Positions 11,014-19,853 of a stretch of DNA of 64,000 nt are shown here, one piece after another (position 1 is the stretch's first letter; each line of letters starts with the position of its first letter). The notes under the pieces were generated by a model. That model saw only the letters and a list, made by a program, of their open reading frames with translations, had not been told where the DNA came from and ran no database searches. Source of the DNA: an uncultured Chloroflexota bacterium (GTDB lineage Bacteria; Chloroflexota; Limnocylindria; Limnocylindrales; CSP1-4); contig CAIJPD010000038.1 in the NCBI GenBank assembly GCA_903822495.1, forward strand, positions 19,014 through 83,013, given 5' to 3'. The position numbers and the translations under genes are program-made.

Positions 11014-11981
11014 GACTGCCCTGCGATGCGCCCGGGGCCGGCCGCGATCCCGGCCTGATCACGAGCCACCAGGGCAACCCGCGGCAGGCCGGCCAGATCC
11101 GGTTCCACGCGACACGCCCAGCCGGGCAGGACGGCCACCACCGCGGCCACGATCGCGGCTCCCTGGTCGCCGCCGATCTCGAGGAGGGCGACGCCGGCGG
11201 GCGCCAGCCTGGCGGGCAGGAGGGCAAGGAGCCGGCGGATCACGTGGAGGCCATCCGGACCGCCATCCAGCGCCAGGGCGGGCTCGAAGGAGGTGTCGAC
11301 CGGGAGGTGCGGTACGTCGCCGGAGGCGACGTACGGGAGGTTGGCCAGGACCAGGTCAAACATGCCCGGATCCGCGGGGAGGAGGTCCGCCGCGCTGAGC
11401 GCCACGACGTCGGCCAGGCCGTGCGCCGCCAGGTTCGATCCCGCCAGCGCGAGCGCGCCGTCCGAGATATCCGTGGCCATGATGCGCACGGCGCCCAGCA
11501 GTCCGCCGGCACCAAGCGCCGTCGAGAGCGCGACGGGGATGGCGCCGCTGCCGGTGCCCACGTCCACGATCCGCAGCGGCTCGGCGGCGGCGCTGCCATC
11601 CCGCGCGGCCAGGCGGCCCAGGGCCTGCCGGGCCGCGAGCTCCACCAGCAGCTCCGTCTCGGGCCGCGGGATCAGCGCCCGCGCGTCCACGTGGAGCTCC
11701 AGCCCAAAGAACTCCTTGACGCCGCGGATGTAGGCCACCGGCTCCCCGCGCTCGCGCCGCGCGATGGCCGCCTCGTAGGCGGCGGCGGCGGCCCGGTCCA
11801 CGGTGCGCTCGGGGTGCGCCACGATCGCCGTCCGCTCGAGGCCGGCGGCCTGGCCAAGCAGGAGCTCCGAGTCGAGGCGTGGCCGCTCCGTGCCCGCGGC
11901 CCGCAGCCGGTCGATTCCCTCGCGCAGCAGGTCCGCGACGGAGGGGCCCGAGGCGGGGGCCTCAGCTCCCGGCACGACCAC
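11010..11981 (-). CDS. prmC: peptide chain release factor N5-glutamine methyltransferase
   Basis: SAM-binding motif DVGTGSGAI plus a NLPY variant of the NPPY motif. It sits immediately downstream of prfA. The GTG start overlaps the prfA end by 20 nt. Confidence 0.88.
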   Translation of the reverse strand: MVVPGAEAPASGPSVADLLREGIDRLRAAGTERPRLDSELLLGQAAGLERTAIVAHPERTVDRAAAAAYEAAIARRERGEPVAYIRGVKEFFGLELHVDARALIPRPETELLVELAARQALGRLAARDGSAAAEPLRIVDVGTGSGAIPVALSTALGAGGLLGAVRIMATDISDGALALAGSNLAAHGLADVVALSAADLLPADPGMFDLVLANLPYVASGDVPHLPVDTSFEPALALDGGPDGLHVIRRLLALLPARLAPAGVALLEIGGDQGAAIVAAVVAVLPGWACRVEPDLAGLPRVALVARDQAGIAAGPGRIAGQS

Positions 11982-13077
11982 CGTGTGGCTCCTCGCCGAC
12001 CAGGATCTGGAGCTGCTCCGCCTGGTCCGTCGTGATCAGCGTGTCGATCAGCCGGTCCAGCTCGCCGTCCATCACCCGTGGCAGGTTGGACAGGTCCAGC
12101 CCCACGCGGTGGTCCGTCAGCCGGTCCTGGGGGAAGTTGTAGGTCCGGATCTTGTCCGCGCGGTCGCCCGACCCGATCATCGACCGGCGTGCCGCCGAAT
12201 CGGCCTCGCGCTGCCTGTTCCGCTCGAGGTCGACCAGGCGCGAGCGGAGGACCGCCATGGCCTTCGCCTTGTTCTTGTGCTGGCTCTTCTCGTCCTGGAT
12301 CTCCACGACCAGCCCCGACGGGAGGTGGGTGATCCGGACGGCGGAATCCGTGGTGTTGACCGACTGCCCGCCGGGCCCGGACGAGCGCTTGACGTCGATC
12401 CGGAGGTCGCGCTCCTCGTCGATCTCGATCTCGGTCTCCTCGACCTCGGGCATGACGACGACGGTCGCCGTGGAGGTGTGGATGCGGCCGGCCGATTCCG
12501 TGGCGGGGACGCGCTGGACGCGATGCGTGCCGCCCTCGAACTTCAGGCGCGAGTAGGCACCGTCGCCGGAGATCGACAGGATCGCCTCCTTGACGCCACC
12601 GATCCCGGTGTCGTTGAGGCTCATGATGTCGGCCTTGTAGCGGTGCCGCTCCGCGTAGCGGGTGTACATGCGCAGCAACTCGGCGGCAAACAGCGCGGCC
12701 TCGTCGCCGCCGGCGCCGGCCCGGATCTCCATGATCACGTTGCCGTCGTCCGCCGGGTCGCGTGGCAGCAGGAGGACCTTGAGCTCGTCGATGAGGCGCG
12801 TCTCGTCCGCCTCCAGGCCCTCGGTCTCCTCGCGGGCCATGGCCCGCATCTCATCGTCGGAATCCCGGTCGTCCCGCATCTCGCGGGCGCCTGCCAGCTC
12901 GTGACGGGTCTCCTCCAGGCGCCGGAATGCCTCGACGACCGGCTCGAGCCTGGAGAGCTCCTTGCCCAGCCGCCGGATCTCCGAGGGATCGTTGCCGACC
13001 TCGGGGCGACTCAGCTCCGCCTGCAGCGCGTCGTATTGGCGAGCGACGTCGTGGAGCTTGGCGTCGAGGTCGGTCAT
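11962..13077 (-). CDS. prfA: peptide chain release factor 1
   Basis: 371 aa containing GGQSVNTTDSAVRITHLPSG (GGQ motif). Confidence 0.96.
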   Translation of the reverse strand: MTDLDAKLHDVARQYDALQAELSRPEVGNDPSEIRRLGKELSRLEPVVEAFRRLEETRHELAGAREMRDDRDSDDEMRAMAREETEGLEADETRLIDELKVLLLPRDPADDGNVIMEIRAGAGGDEAALFAAELLRMYTRYAERHRYKADIMSLNDTGIGGVKEAILSISGDGAYSRLKFEGGTHRVQRVPATESAGRIHTSTATVVVMPEVEETEIEIDEERDLRIDVKRSSGPGGQSVNTTDSAVRITHLPSGLVVEIQDEKSQHKNKAKAMAVLRSRLVDLERNRQREADSAARRSMIGSGDRADKIRTYNFPQDRLTDHRVGLDLSNLPRVMDGELDRLIDTLITTDQAEQLQILVGEEPHGGRAGS

Positions 13078-14093
13078 GCCCCGGTGCTGACGGACGGGGC
13101 GGTGATCGCGTCGCTGGCGCGAATGGCGGCCAGCCCGGCCTCCAACTCATCAGGGATCGCCGAGGGTGGAAGCCCGGCCATCTGGAGCGGCTCGCGGGCG
13201 AGCGTCCCGGAGCCGTCCGGCAGCGCCTCATGGTCCGCCCGGAGGGCCTGCTCCAGCGACACGATGGCGACCTGGATCATCTCGTCGGTAGGCCGCTTGG
13301 TGGTGATCTTCTGGACCAGGATGCCCGGGTACGTGAGGGCGCGGACGATCGCATTGCCGCGCCGCTTGGCGGCCCACTTCAGGAGCTCGTAGCCCACGGC
13401 GGCGATGACGGGGATCAGGACGATGCGGCTGGCGATCATCACGAGTGCATCCTGGCGGCCGACCAGGCTGAACGCCACGATCGAGAGCAGGATCACGATG
13501 ACGAGGAACTCCGTGCCGCAGCGCGGGTGGGCGGTGGGGTACGGGCGGACGGCGTCCACGGTCAGCGGGTCGCCCGCCTCCCAGGCGTGGATGGTCATGT
13601 GCTCGGCGCCGTGATACATGAAGACGCGGCGGATGTCGGGCTGGCGCGAGATGACCAGCAGATACGCCATGAAGACGAGGATGCGGGTCACGCCTTCGGC
13701 CAGGTGTTGCGCGAGGCCGTTCTCGATACCCGACGTGGTCACGCTGGCCACGAAGAGCGGGAGCAGGAAGAAGATCCCGACGGCCATCACCAGCGTGATG
13801 AGGAGCATCAGGGCGATGGTGCCCTTGCCGATCTCGACCCCGTCTTCCTCCGCCTGGACGGACGCGCTGCGGACCAGCCACTGCGTGCCGACGATGAGCG
13901 TCTCGTACAGGACCACGAGGCCGCGGATGAGGGGCGCCTTGGCGAGCCGGGATCCATGGAACCCGGTGTCCAGGCGCTCGGTCGCCCACAGGATCCGGCC
14001 ATCCGGGTGCCGGAACGCCACCGCGAGTGAATCGCGACCGCGCATCATCACGCCCTCGATGAGGGCCTGTCCACCGTAGCTGAAGCGTGCCAT
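13074..14093 (-). CDS. DUF1385 (YqhQ-like) membrane protein
   Basis: MARFSYGGQALIEGVMMRG.. is the characteristic N-terminus. This family is commonly linked to rpmE/prfA/prmC. The track ORF start at 14144 is an alternative. Confidence 0.8.
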   Translation of the reverse strand: MARFSYGGQALIEGVMMRGRDSLAVAFRHPDGRILWATERLDTGFHGSRLAKAPLIRGLVVLYETLIVGTQWLVRSASVQAEEDGVEIGKGTIALMLLITLVMAVGIFFLLPLFVASVTTSGIENGLAQHLAEGVTRILVFMAYLLVISRQPDIRRVFMYHGAEHMTIHAWEAGDPLTVDAVRPYPTAHPRCGTEFLVIVILLSIVAFSLVGRQDALVMIASRIVLIPVIAAVGYELLKWAAKRRGNAIVRALTYPGILVQKITTKRPTDEMIQVAIVSLEQALRADHEALPDGSGTLAREPLQMAGLPPSAIPDELEAGLAAIRASDAITAPSVSTGA

Positions 14094-14229
14094 GCGCCCA
14101 AGTCTACCGGCTCGCGGGCGTCGCGCTTCGGGCCCAATCGTCATGGGTCGCGGGAGGGCAGGCGCGTCACCCGAGGCAGCGACTGCGGCCAGGGCCGTCC
14201 GCGCCCGATCCGGGCCCGGGAATCGAAAC

Positions 14230-14280
14230 GGCGGGCCGGAGCCCGCCGCGCGTTCGAACCTGCCGGCGAATGGCCGGCAG
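14230..14280 (-). terminator. two GC-rich hairpins after rpmE
   Basis: CTGCCGGC-gaatg-GCCGGCAG at 14260-14280 and GGCGGGC-cgga-GCCCGCC at 14230-14247. On the transcript the second is followed by GTTTCG. Confidence 0.4.
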
Positions 14281-14286
14281 CTGGGA

Positions 14287-14499
14287 CTAGCTTCGAGCCT
14301 GGCGCTCGAGGCGCTTCTGGAAGCGCTCGACCTGGCCGGCCGTATCGATGATCGTCTGCTTGCCCGTGAAGAACGGGTGGCAGTTGCTGCACACGTCCAC
14401 GCGCAGGATCTCGCGGGTGCTCCCCGCGGTCCACTCGGTCCCGCAGGAACCGCAGTGCACCTTGGCTTCGTAGTACTTGGGATGAATGGTCGGCTTCAC
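14287..14499 (-). CDS. rpmE: 50S ribosomal protein L31
   Basis: GTG at 14499 is preceded by GGAGGAG. The product is VKPTIHPKYYEAKVHCGSCGTEW..CSNCHPFFTGKQ. The upstream part of the track ORF is not L31. Confidence 0.9.
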   Translation of the reverse strand: MKPTIHPKYYEAKVHCGSCGTEWTAGSTREILRVDVCSNCHPFFTGKQTIIDTAGQVERFQKRLERQARS

Positions 14500-14566
14500 G
14501 GTGTCTCCTCCGGGCCGTCCGGGCGGGGTCAGGGCCCCGCCGGTGGTCACCGGCTGGTGGGGTTGG

Positions 14567-14878
14567 CTAGGCTGCGACGCCCGAGGCGTCGGCTGCGACA
14601 TCGGCAACCGAGGGAGCGGTCGCTTCGACGGCTTCGACGCGGATCCGCTTCTTGGTTCGGGTGGCGTGCTCGAACTTGACCCTGCCCGTGATCTTGGCGT
14701 AGACGGTGTAGTCCGTCCCCAGCCCCGTGCCCTTGCCGGACAGGAAGGTCATGCCGCGCTGTCGGACGATGATGGAGCCGGCGGGCACGAGCTGGCCGTC
14801 GCCGGCCTTCACGCCCAGGCGCTGACCAACCGAATCGCGGCCGTTCTTCGAGCTGGAACCAGCCTTCTTGTGTGCCAT
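14567..14878 (-). CDS. rpmA: 50S ribosomal protein L27 (short C-terminal extension)
   Basis: [24 protein letters not shown].. Confidence 0.95.
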   Translation of the reverse strand: MAHKKAGSSSKNGRDSVGQRLGVKAGDGQLVPAGSIIVRQRGMTFLSGKGTGLGTDYTVYAKITGRVKFEHATRTKKRIRVEAVEATAPSVADVAADASGVAA

Positions 14879-14883
14879 CTCGA

Positions 14884-15468
14884 TCAGCCGTCCTTCTTGG
14901 TGGTACGGGTCTTCTTGGGCGCCTCGGCGGCGGCGTCCTTGGCGGCGGCCTTGGCCTTGGGGGCGCCCTTGGCGACAGCGGCAGCCTTGGGGCCCGCGGC
15001 GGCCGGCGTGGCGACGGCCTTGGGAGCCTGATCGGCGAGCTTGGCGGCGAGGTCCGCGTCGGCGGCGGCCTGGAGGCGGGCAGCCTCCTGGACCTTCTCG
15101 CGCTGGGCCCGCGCAACTTCCTGAGCGGCGCGTACGTCTGCGGCGGCGCTCTTGCCGTTCAGGACGATGTCGCTGATGCGCAGGCGGATGAGGTCCTGGC
15201 GATGGCCCTTGGTGACGCGGCTGCGCGCCTTGGGCCGGTACTTGAAGCTGACGACCTTCTCGCCGCGGGTCTCGCCGAGCACGTCGGCGGTGACGGTGGC
15301 GTTCTCGACGATGGGCCGGCCTACCGCGGCGGTCTCGCCATCCGCCACGAGGAGGACGCGATCCAGCGTGATGGACTGGCCAGTTTCAACTTCGAGGAGT
15401 TCAACCTCGAGCTCGGTGCCGACTTCGACGTGATATTGCTTCCCGCCGGTCTCGATGACTGCGTACAT
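14884..15468 (-). CDS. rplU: 50S ribosomal protein L21 with a ~90-aa Ala/Lys/Pro-rich C-terminal tail
   Basis: The core is [33 protein letters not shown]. The tail reads [46 protein letters not shown]. Confidence 0.93.
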   Translation of the reverse strand: MYAVIETGGKQYHVEVGTELEVELLEVETGQSITLDRVLLVADGETAAVGRPIVENATVTADVLGETRGEKVVSFKYRPKARSRVTKGHRQDLIRLRISDIVLNGKSAAADVRAAQEVARAQREKVQEAARLQAAADADLAAKLADQAPKAVATPAAAGPKAAAVAKGAPKAKAAAKDAAAEAPKKTRTTKKDG

Positions 15469-15585
15469 GGATCCTTCGGGCTCCTCGCGGCCGCGCGATG
15501 TGCCGCGAGCCGGGTGACAGGGAAAGGCACCTCGAACGGTCGAGGCGCGAAGCGGCAGTGTACGTCCGGCCCGCCCGGGGCGTCA

Positions 15586-15622
15586 ACCCGAGGCGTGGCC
15601 CCCGACACCCGAGGCGTGGCCC
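15586..15622. repeat. 17-nt direct repeat x2 (acccgaggcgtggcccc, 20-nt period) upstream of rplU
   Basis: Read directly: 15586-15602 and 15606-15622. Confidence 0.6.
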
Positions 15623-15661
15623 CGGCATCGCGGCCGGTAGCGCGGCCGGGGCGGACGCGAG

Positions 15662-16438
15662 CTAGCCCTCGCTGGCCAGCACCACACGCTCGCGCACCGT
15701 GGACGCGGCGGGGCAGTCGCGACCGAGCAGCCCTACGAGCGCGGCGAGCACCTCGTCGGCCCGGCCGATGCCCAGCTGGGGGTCGAAACGAACACGGATG
15801 CGGAGCGCGGCCGGTGGGCCCGGCTCGATGACGCTGATGTCGGCCAGGAGCGGCCGGAGGTCGTAGCGGACGAGGCCCGTGCCCTTGGCTCTCTCGCGCT
15901 CGATCGAGTCCAGCGCGAGCAGGCGCCTGGCGGCCGTCGCGAGGTCCCAGGCCGGCGGCGCACCCGGGGCGAGGTGGATGCGGTAGTCCGCGGCGATCAC
16001 GTCGGCGGGGAGCGGTGCGGTCCCCAGCCAGACGTCGTGCAGGTCAACGAGCGCATAGCCGGCCGGGAGCGCTGCGATCACCCCGGCGCGAACCACGTCC
16101 ACCGTGGTCCGGCGGGTCAGGTAGAGATCCGCGAGGTCACGCTCGGCGGCGACGCCCTGCGACAGGGGCGCGGCAAACAGGATGCGCGGGCGGCGCCGGG
16201 GAGCATCGAGTCCAGCGATCGGGAGGCCGCTGGCGATGAGGCCCGCCTCCCAGGCGGCGAGGTCGTCGCGCTGGCTGGTCGCCACGCCTTCCGGGTCCTT
16301 CGCGTAGACGATCCGCCAGCGCTGGCGCGGTTCGGCCGGCGGAGGGGGGCCGGGCGCGGCGGGGGCCGGCTCGACATACGGCCGAAGCGTGCGCCGAACC
16401 GGGCGCGCTGCCGAATGGGAGCCGTCGGTTGCCTTCAT
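15662..16438 (-). CDS. DUF2344 (TIGR03936-type, radical-SAM-associated) protein
   Basis: Contains ..RWRIVYAK.., ..LPIAGLD..RRRPRILFAAPL.. and ..VRYDLRPLL... The internal ATG at 16438 was chosen because the region upstream in the track ORF is Arg-rich. Confidence 0.75.
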   Translation of the reverse strand: MKATDGSHSAARPVRRTLRPYVEPAPAAPGPPPPAEPRQRWRIVYAKDPEGVATSQRDDLAAWEAGLIASGLPIAGLDAPRRRPRILFAAPLSQGVAAERDLADLYLTRRTTVDVVRAGVIAALPAGYALVDLHDVWLGTAPLPADVIAADYRIHLAPGAPPAWDLATAARRLLALDSIERERAKGTGLVRYDLRPLLADISVIEPGPPAALRIRVRFDPQLGIGRADEVLAALVGLLGRDCPAASTVRERVVLASEG

Positions 16439-16444
16439 CACGTC

Positions 16445-16453
16445 TGCTAGTCT
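16445..16453 (+). promoter_or_regulatory. candidate extended -10 (TGCTAGTCT) placed for a leaderless transcript
   Basis: The -10 hexamer ends 8 nt before the ATG at 16462. Confidence 0.3.
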
Positions 16454-16461
16454 GCGGCACG

Positions 16462-17796
16462 ATGGAGCAACTCGCCCGGTCGCAGCTTTCCGCCTCCGCT
16501 GGAACGAGCGACTCGGACACCGCCTCGGCGATCGCGCCATTCGTGGAGAACCGGCCGGGGGGTGGCCGCCGCCTCCGTCCACCGACCCCGCGCGTGACGC
16601 TCGTGCTGATCGGCGCGGCCGTGGTCCTCTCCGTCCTGTATCTCGGCCGGGAAGCGCTCGGCCCATTCATCGTCGGCCTGCTGCTGGTCTATCTGCTGGA
16701 CCCGCCCGTTGAGCGCCTGACGCGGGCCCGGCTTCCCCGTCCCGTGGCCATCCTTGGCGTCTACGGGCTGGCGCTGTTCCTCGTGGTGGAGGCGCTCAAC
16801 CTCACGCTCAGACCGGTGGTCCAGCAGCTCACCCGCTTCTCGCAGGACCTGCCGGCCCTGATCGGCCAACTCGACCACCAGCTCCAGCGCCTCTCCGAGG
16901 TCTACCGGGGGCTGGAGCTGCCCACGCAGGTCCGCGGGGTCATCGACGACTGGCTCGCCTCGGTCGCGGCCGGCCAGGTTGGATTCGACCCCGGCGTGCT
17001 CATGCCGGTCGTCAACCTGACGGCCGGCTTCGTCAGCTCGCTGTTCGGATACCTGGTCATCCCCGTCTGGGTCTTCTATCTGCTCAAGGACCGGCGTCCA
17101 CTGGTGGAGAGCTTCGATCGGATGCTCCCACCCGAGTGGCGGGCCGACGTCTGGGAGGTCATCCAGCTATCGGAGCGCGTGGTTGGCCAGTGGATCCGGG
17201 GGCAGTTCGTCCTCGGGCTGACGGTCGGGGTCGGCACGTTTGCCGGCCTGATGATCCTGGACGTCACGGTTGACCCGGTCTTCGGACGCTTTGCGCTCCT
17301 CCTGGCCCTGATCGCCGGCATCCTCGAGCTGCTGCCGATCATCGGCCCGATCATCGCCGCGGTGCCGGCGATCCTCCTGGCGGGCACGGCCAGCCCGCAG
17401 GCTGCCGTCGCGGCCCTCATCCTGTACGTCGTGGTCCAGCAGTTGGAGAACAACCTGCTCGTTCCCAAGATCCAGGGTGATGCTGTGGCGCTCCATCCCA
17501 GCGCGGTGATGTTCGTGCTGGTCGTCGGCGGGGCGATCGCCGGGCTGCTGGGCGCCATCCTCGCGCTGCCCATCACCGCGGCCGCGCGCGACGTGTTTGC
17601 GTACCTGTTCCGGCGCCTGGGCGACCCGCTCGCGTCGCCGGAGTCGGCCGCCGAGGCGGCGCTTGCCGGCCACGGGGGTTCGTCCGGTCGCCGCGGCGCT
17701 CCCATGGCCGCCGCCGAGCCGGTGTTCGCGAGCCCGGCGGCGGGTGCCCACGTCCCATCGGCCGGCCCACGGCACCCGGAGGCCACCGGTGGCTGA
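16462..17796 (+). CDS. AI-2E family transporter (PerM/UPF0118)
   Basis: Polytopic membrane ORF containing ..QLENNLLVPKIQGDAVALHP..LPITAAARD... Confidence 0.85.
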   Translation: MEQLARSQLSASAGTSDSDTASAIAPFVENRPGGGRRLRPPTPRVTLVLIGAAVVLSVLYLGREALGPFIVGLLLVYLLDPPVERLTRARLPRPVAILGVYGLALFLVVEALNLTLRPVVQQLTRFSQDLPALIGQLDHQLQRLSEVYRGLELPTQVRGVIDDWLASVAAGQVGFDPGVLMPVVNLTAGFVSSLFGYLVIPVWVFYLLKDRRPLVESFDRMLPPEWRADVWEVIQLSERVVGQWIRGQFVLGLTVGVGTFAGLMILDVTVDPVFGRFALLLALIAGILELLPIIGPIIAAVPAILLAGTASPQAAVAALILYVVVQQLENNLLVPKIQGDAVALHPSAVMFVLVVGGAIAGLLGAILALPITAAARDVFAYLFRRLGDPLASPESAAEAALAGHGGSSGRRGAPMAAAEPVFASPAAGAHVPSAGPRHPEATGG

Positions 17797-18457
17797 CGAC
17801 CGCGACCACTACAAGGTGCTCCAGGTGGATTCGGAGGCGGACCTCGACGTCATCAAGGCCGCCTACCGCCGCCTCGCCCAGAAGTTCCACCCGGACCGGG
17901 CGGGCGACGACGTGGAGGCGCGGGAGAAGATGATCGCGCTGAACGCCGCCTGGGAGATCATGCGTGACCCCGCGAAGCGTGCGGCCTACGACCGGGAGCG
18001 GTCCGCCGGCGCCACCCAGCCCGGCCCGGGTGGCGGAGCACGCTCAGCCGGTCACGGTGGCCGACCCGCCCGCGGACCCGGGCGCTCCGGCACGGACTGG
18101 CAGGCCGGCCCGGACAGTTCGACCGCGCGTCCGGCGAGCGAGCCGGCGTCAGGGGACTGGACCTCGGGGCGCTCCTCGGTCGGTGGCGGCTACGACGCGT
18201 CGATGCGCGCGCCGGACGGCCTCGGCGCCGCGGGAACGCCGCCGGGCAACCCGTCGGGCAGCGTGCTCACCTTCGGGCGGTACGCCAAGTGGTCCCTCGG
18301 GGAGATCGCGCGGGTGGACCTGGAGTTCCTGGAGTGGCTGGAGCGCTCGCCGATTGGTCGCCAGTACCGCGACGAGCTCGATGACATCCTGCGTCGCGCC
18401 GGGCGACGACGCGCGCCGGGCGACGACGGAGATCGGCGCGGCCTCTTCCGCCGCTGA
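17789..18457 (+). CDS. J-domain protein with a DUF3820-like C-terminus
   Basis: GTG at 17789 gives VADDRDHYKVLQVDSEADLDVIKAAYRRLAQKFHPDR (HPD motif). The C-terminus FGRYAKWSLGEIARVDLEFLEWLERS resembles the FGKYKG..L.EIP..YL.WL motif. Confidence 0.8.
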   Translation: MADDRDHYKVLQVDSEADLDVIKAAYRRLAQKFHPDRAGDDVEAREKMIALNAAWEIMRDPAKRAAYDRERSAGATQPGPGGGARSAGHGGRPARGPGRSGTDWQAGPDSSTARPASEPASGDWTSGRSSVGGGYDASMRAPDGLGAAGTPPGNPSGSVLTFGRYAKWSLGEIARVDLEFLEWLERSPIGRQYRDELDDILRRAGRRRAPGDDGDRRGLFRR

Positions 18458-18561
18458 CAGCCTGGGCTTCCCCTTGGGCCCGACCGGGGAGGAGACCCTG
18501 CCGGCCGCCGGCCTGTCGAGGTGCGCGCAGGCCGCCAACCCGGCGCGTCCAACGCGTCCAG

Positions 18562-18587
18562 CGCCCGCCGCGCGCGCGGCGCGGGCG
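18562..18587. terminator. GC hairpin between convergent genes
   Basis: CGCCCGC-12 nt-GCGGGCG. Confidence 0.3.
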
Positions 18588-18619
18588 TCCTCAGGCGGCG
18601 GTGTGCCACCTCGCGAGGC

Positions 18620-19786
18620 TTACCATTCGGCCCGTCGCTGGCGGACGTTGATGCTCTGGACGATGCCGAGGCCTGCCGCGAGGCTGATCAGTGACGCACC
18701 GCCGTGGCTGACGAAGGGGAGGGGGATGCCCGTGATGGGCATGATCCCGATCACCATCCCGAAGTTGACGACCAGCTGGAAGAGAATCATCGAGGCCAAC
18801 CCGGAGGCAAACGCCATGCCGAACGGATCCTTCGAACGCCAGCCGGCGACCAGGATCCGCCAGATCAGCGCGGCAAAGAGCAGGAAGACCACGATGCAGC
18901 CCAGGAAGCCCAGCTCTTCGGCGAGGATCGCGCCCACGAAGTCCGTGGTCTGGACGGGCAGGAAGTCGAGCTGGTTCTGCGTGCCGTTGGTCAGCCCCTT
19001 CCCGAACCAGCCGCCCGAGCCCACCGCGATCTGGGACTGGTAGAGCTGATACCCCGACCCCTGGATGTCGGGGTTGGGATTGAGGAATGCCGTCAGCCGC
19101 TCCTTCTGGTAGTCGCGCAGGACATTGGCCCAGATGAACGGGAAGGCGACCACGATGGCGCCGGCGATGGCACCCAGCCAACGAAGGCTGGCGCCCGACA
19201 TGAACAGCATCCCGACCAGGATGCCGCCGAAGACCAGGGATGTGCCGAGATCGGGCTGGAGCATGACGAGCACAAGCGGTGGGCCGACCAGCACCGCCGC
19301 CCCAACGATCGTCCGGAGCGAGCCGGCGCGATCGCCGCGGGTTCCCAGGAAGCTGGCCAGGACCACGATCATGAGGATCTTCGCGATCTCGCTGAACTGG
19401 AACGCCATCCCGCCGATGAGGATCCAGCGCGCCACCCCGCCGACCCCGGTGCCCACCGCCAGGGTCAGGACCAGCAGGCCGATCTGCGCGAGGTAGAGCG
19501 GCCAGGCAAACGTCCGCAGCCACTGGTAATCGAAGACGGCGACGATCCCGAAGGCGACCACGGCCAGGCCGGTCCACAGGAGGCCGCGCGTGAACGTGGA
19601 GCCGGCGTCCAGCGCCGATGCGCCCGGTCCGACGCTGTTGCTGTAGGCCATCGCGAGCCCGATCGTCGCGAGCAGGATGGCGTATGTGACCAGCTGGAGA
19701 TCGAACGCCGGCCAGGAGGCACCGACGGGGCGATTGCCCCAGTCCCGGACTCGTGCCGCTTCCGTCCGTCCGAATCCCATACCCAT
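18620..19786 (-). CDS. rodA: SEDS-family peptidoglycan glycosyltransferase (RodA/FtsW)
   Basis: ~10-TM ORF containing ..GYQLYQSQIAVGSGGWFGKGL.. and ..ITGIPLPFVSHGGASL... It lies downstream of the PBP2 gene. The ATG at 19786 was chosen; the track ORF extends upstream to 19984. Confidence 0.85.
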   Translation of the reverse strand: MGMGFGRTEAARVRDWGNRPVGASWPAFDLQLVTYAILLATIGLAMAYSNSVGPGASALDAGSTFTRGLLWTGLAVVAFGIVAVFDYQWLRTFAWPLYLAQIGLLVLTLAVGTGVGGVARWILIGGMAFQFSEIAKILMIVVLASFLGTRGDRAGSLRTIVGAAVLVGPPLVLVMLQPDLGTSLVFGGILVGMLFMSGASLRWLGAIAGAIVVAFPFIWANVLRDYQKERLTAFLNPNPDIQGSGYQLYQSQIAVGSGGWFGKGLTNGTQNQLDFLPVQTTDFVGAILAEELGFLGCIVVFLLFAALIWRILVAGWRSKDPFGMAFASGLASMILFQLVVNFGMVIGIMPITGIPLPFVSHGGASLISLAAGLGIVQSINVRQRRAEW

Positions 19787-19853
19787 CAGTGCCGTTCGCC
19801 GCCTCCGTGATGCAGCGGCGGACACCCGGCCGCCGCTGGTCGATCGATCAGTC

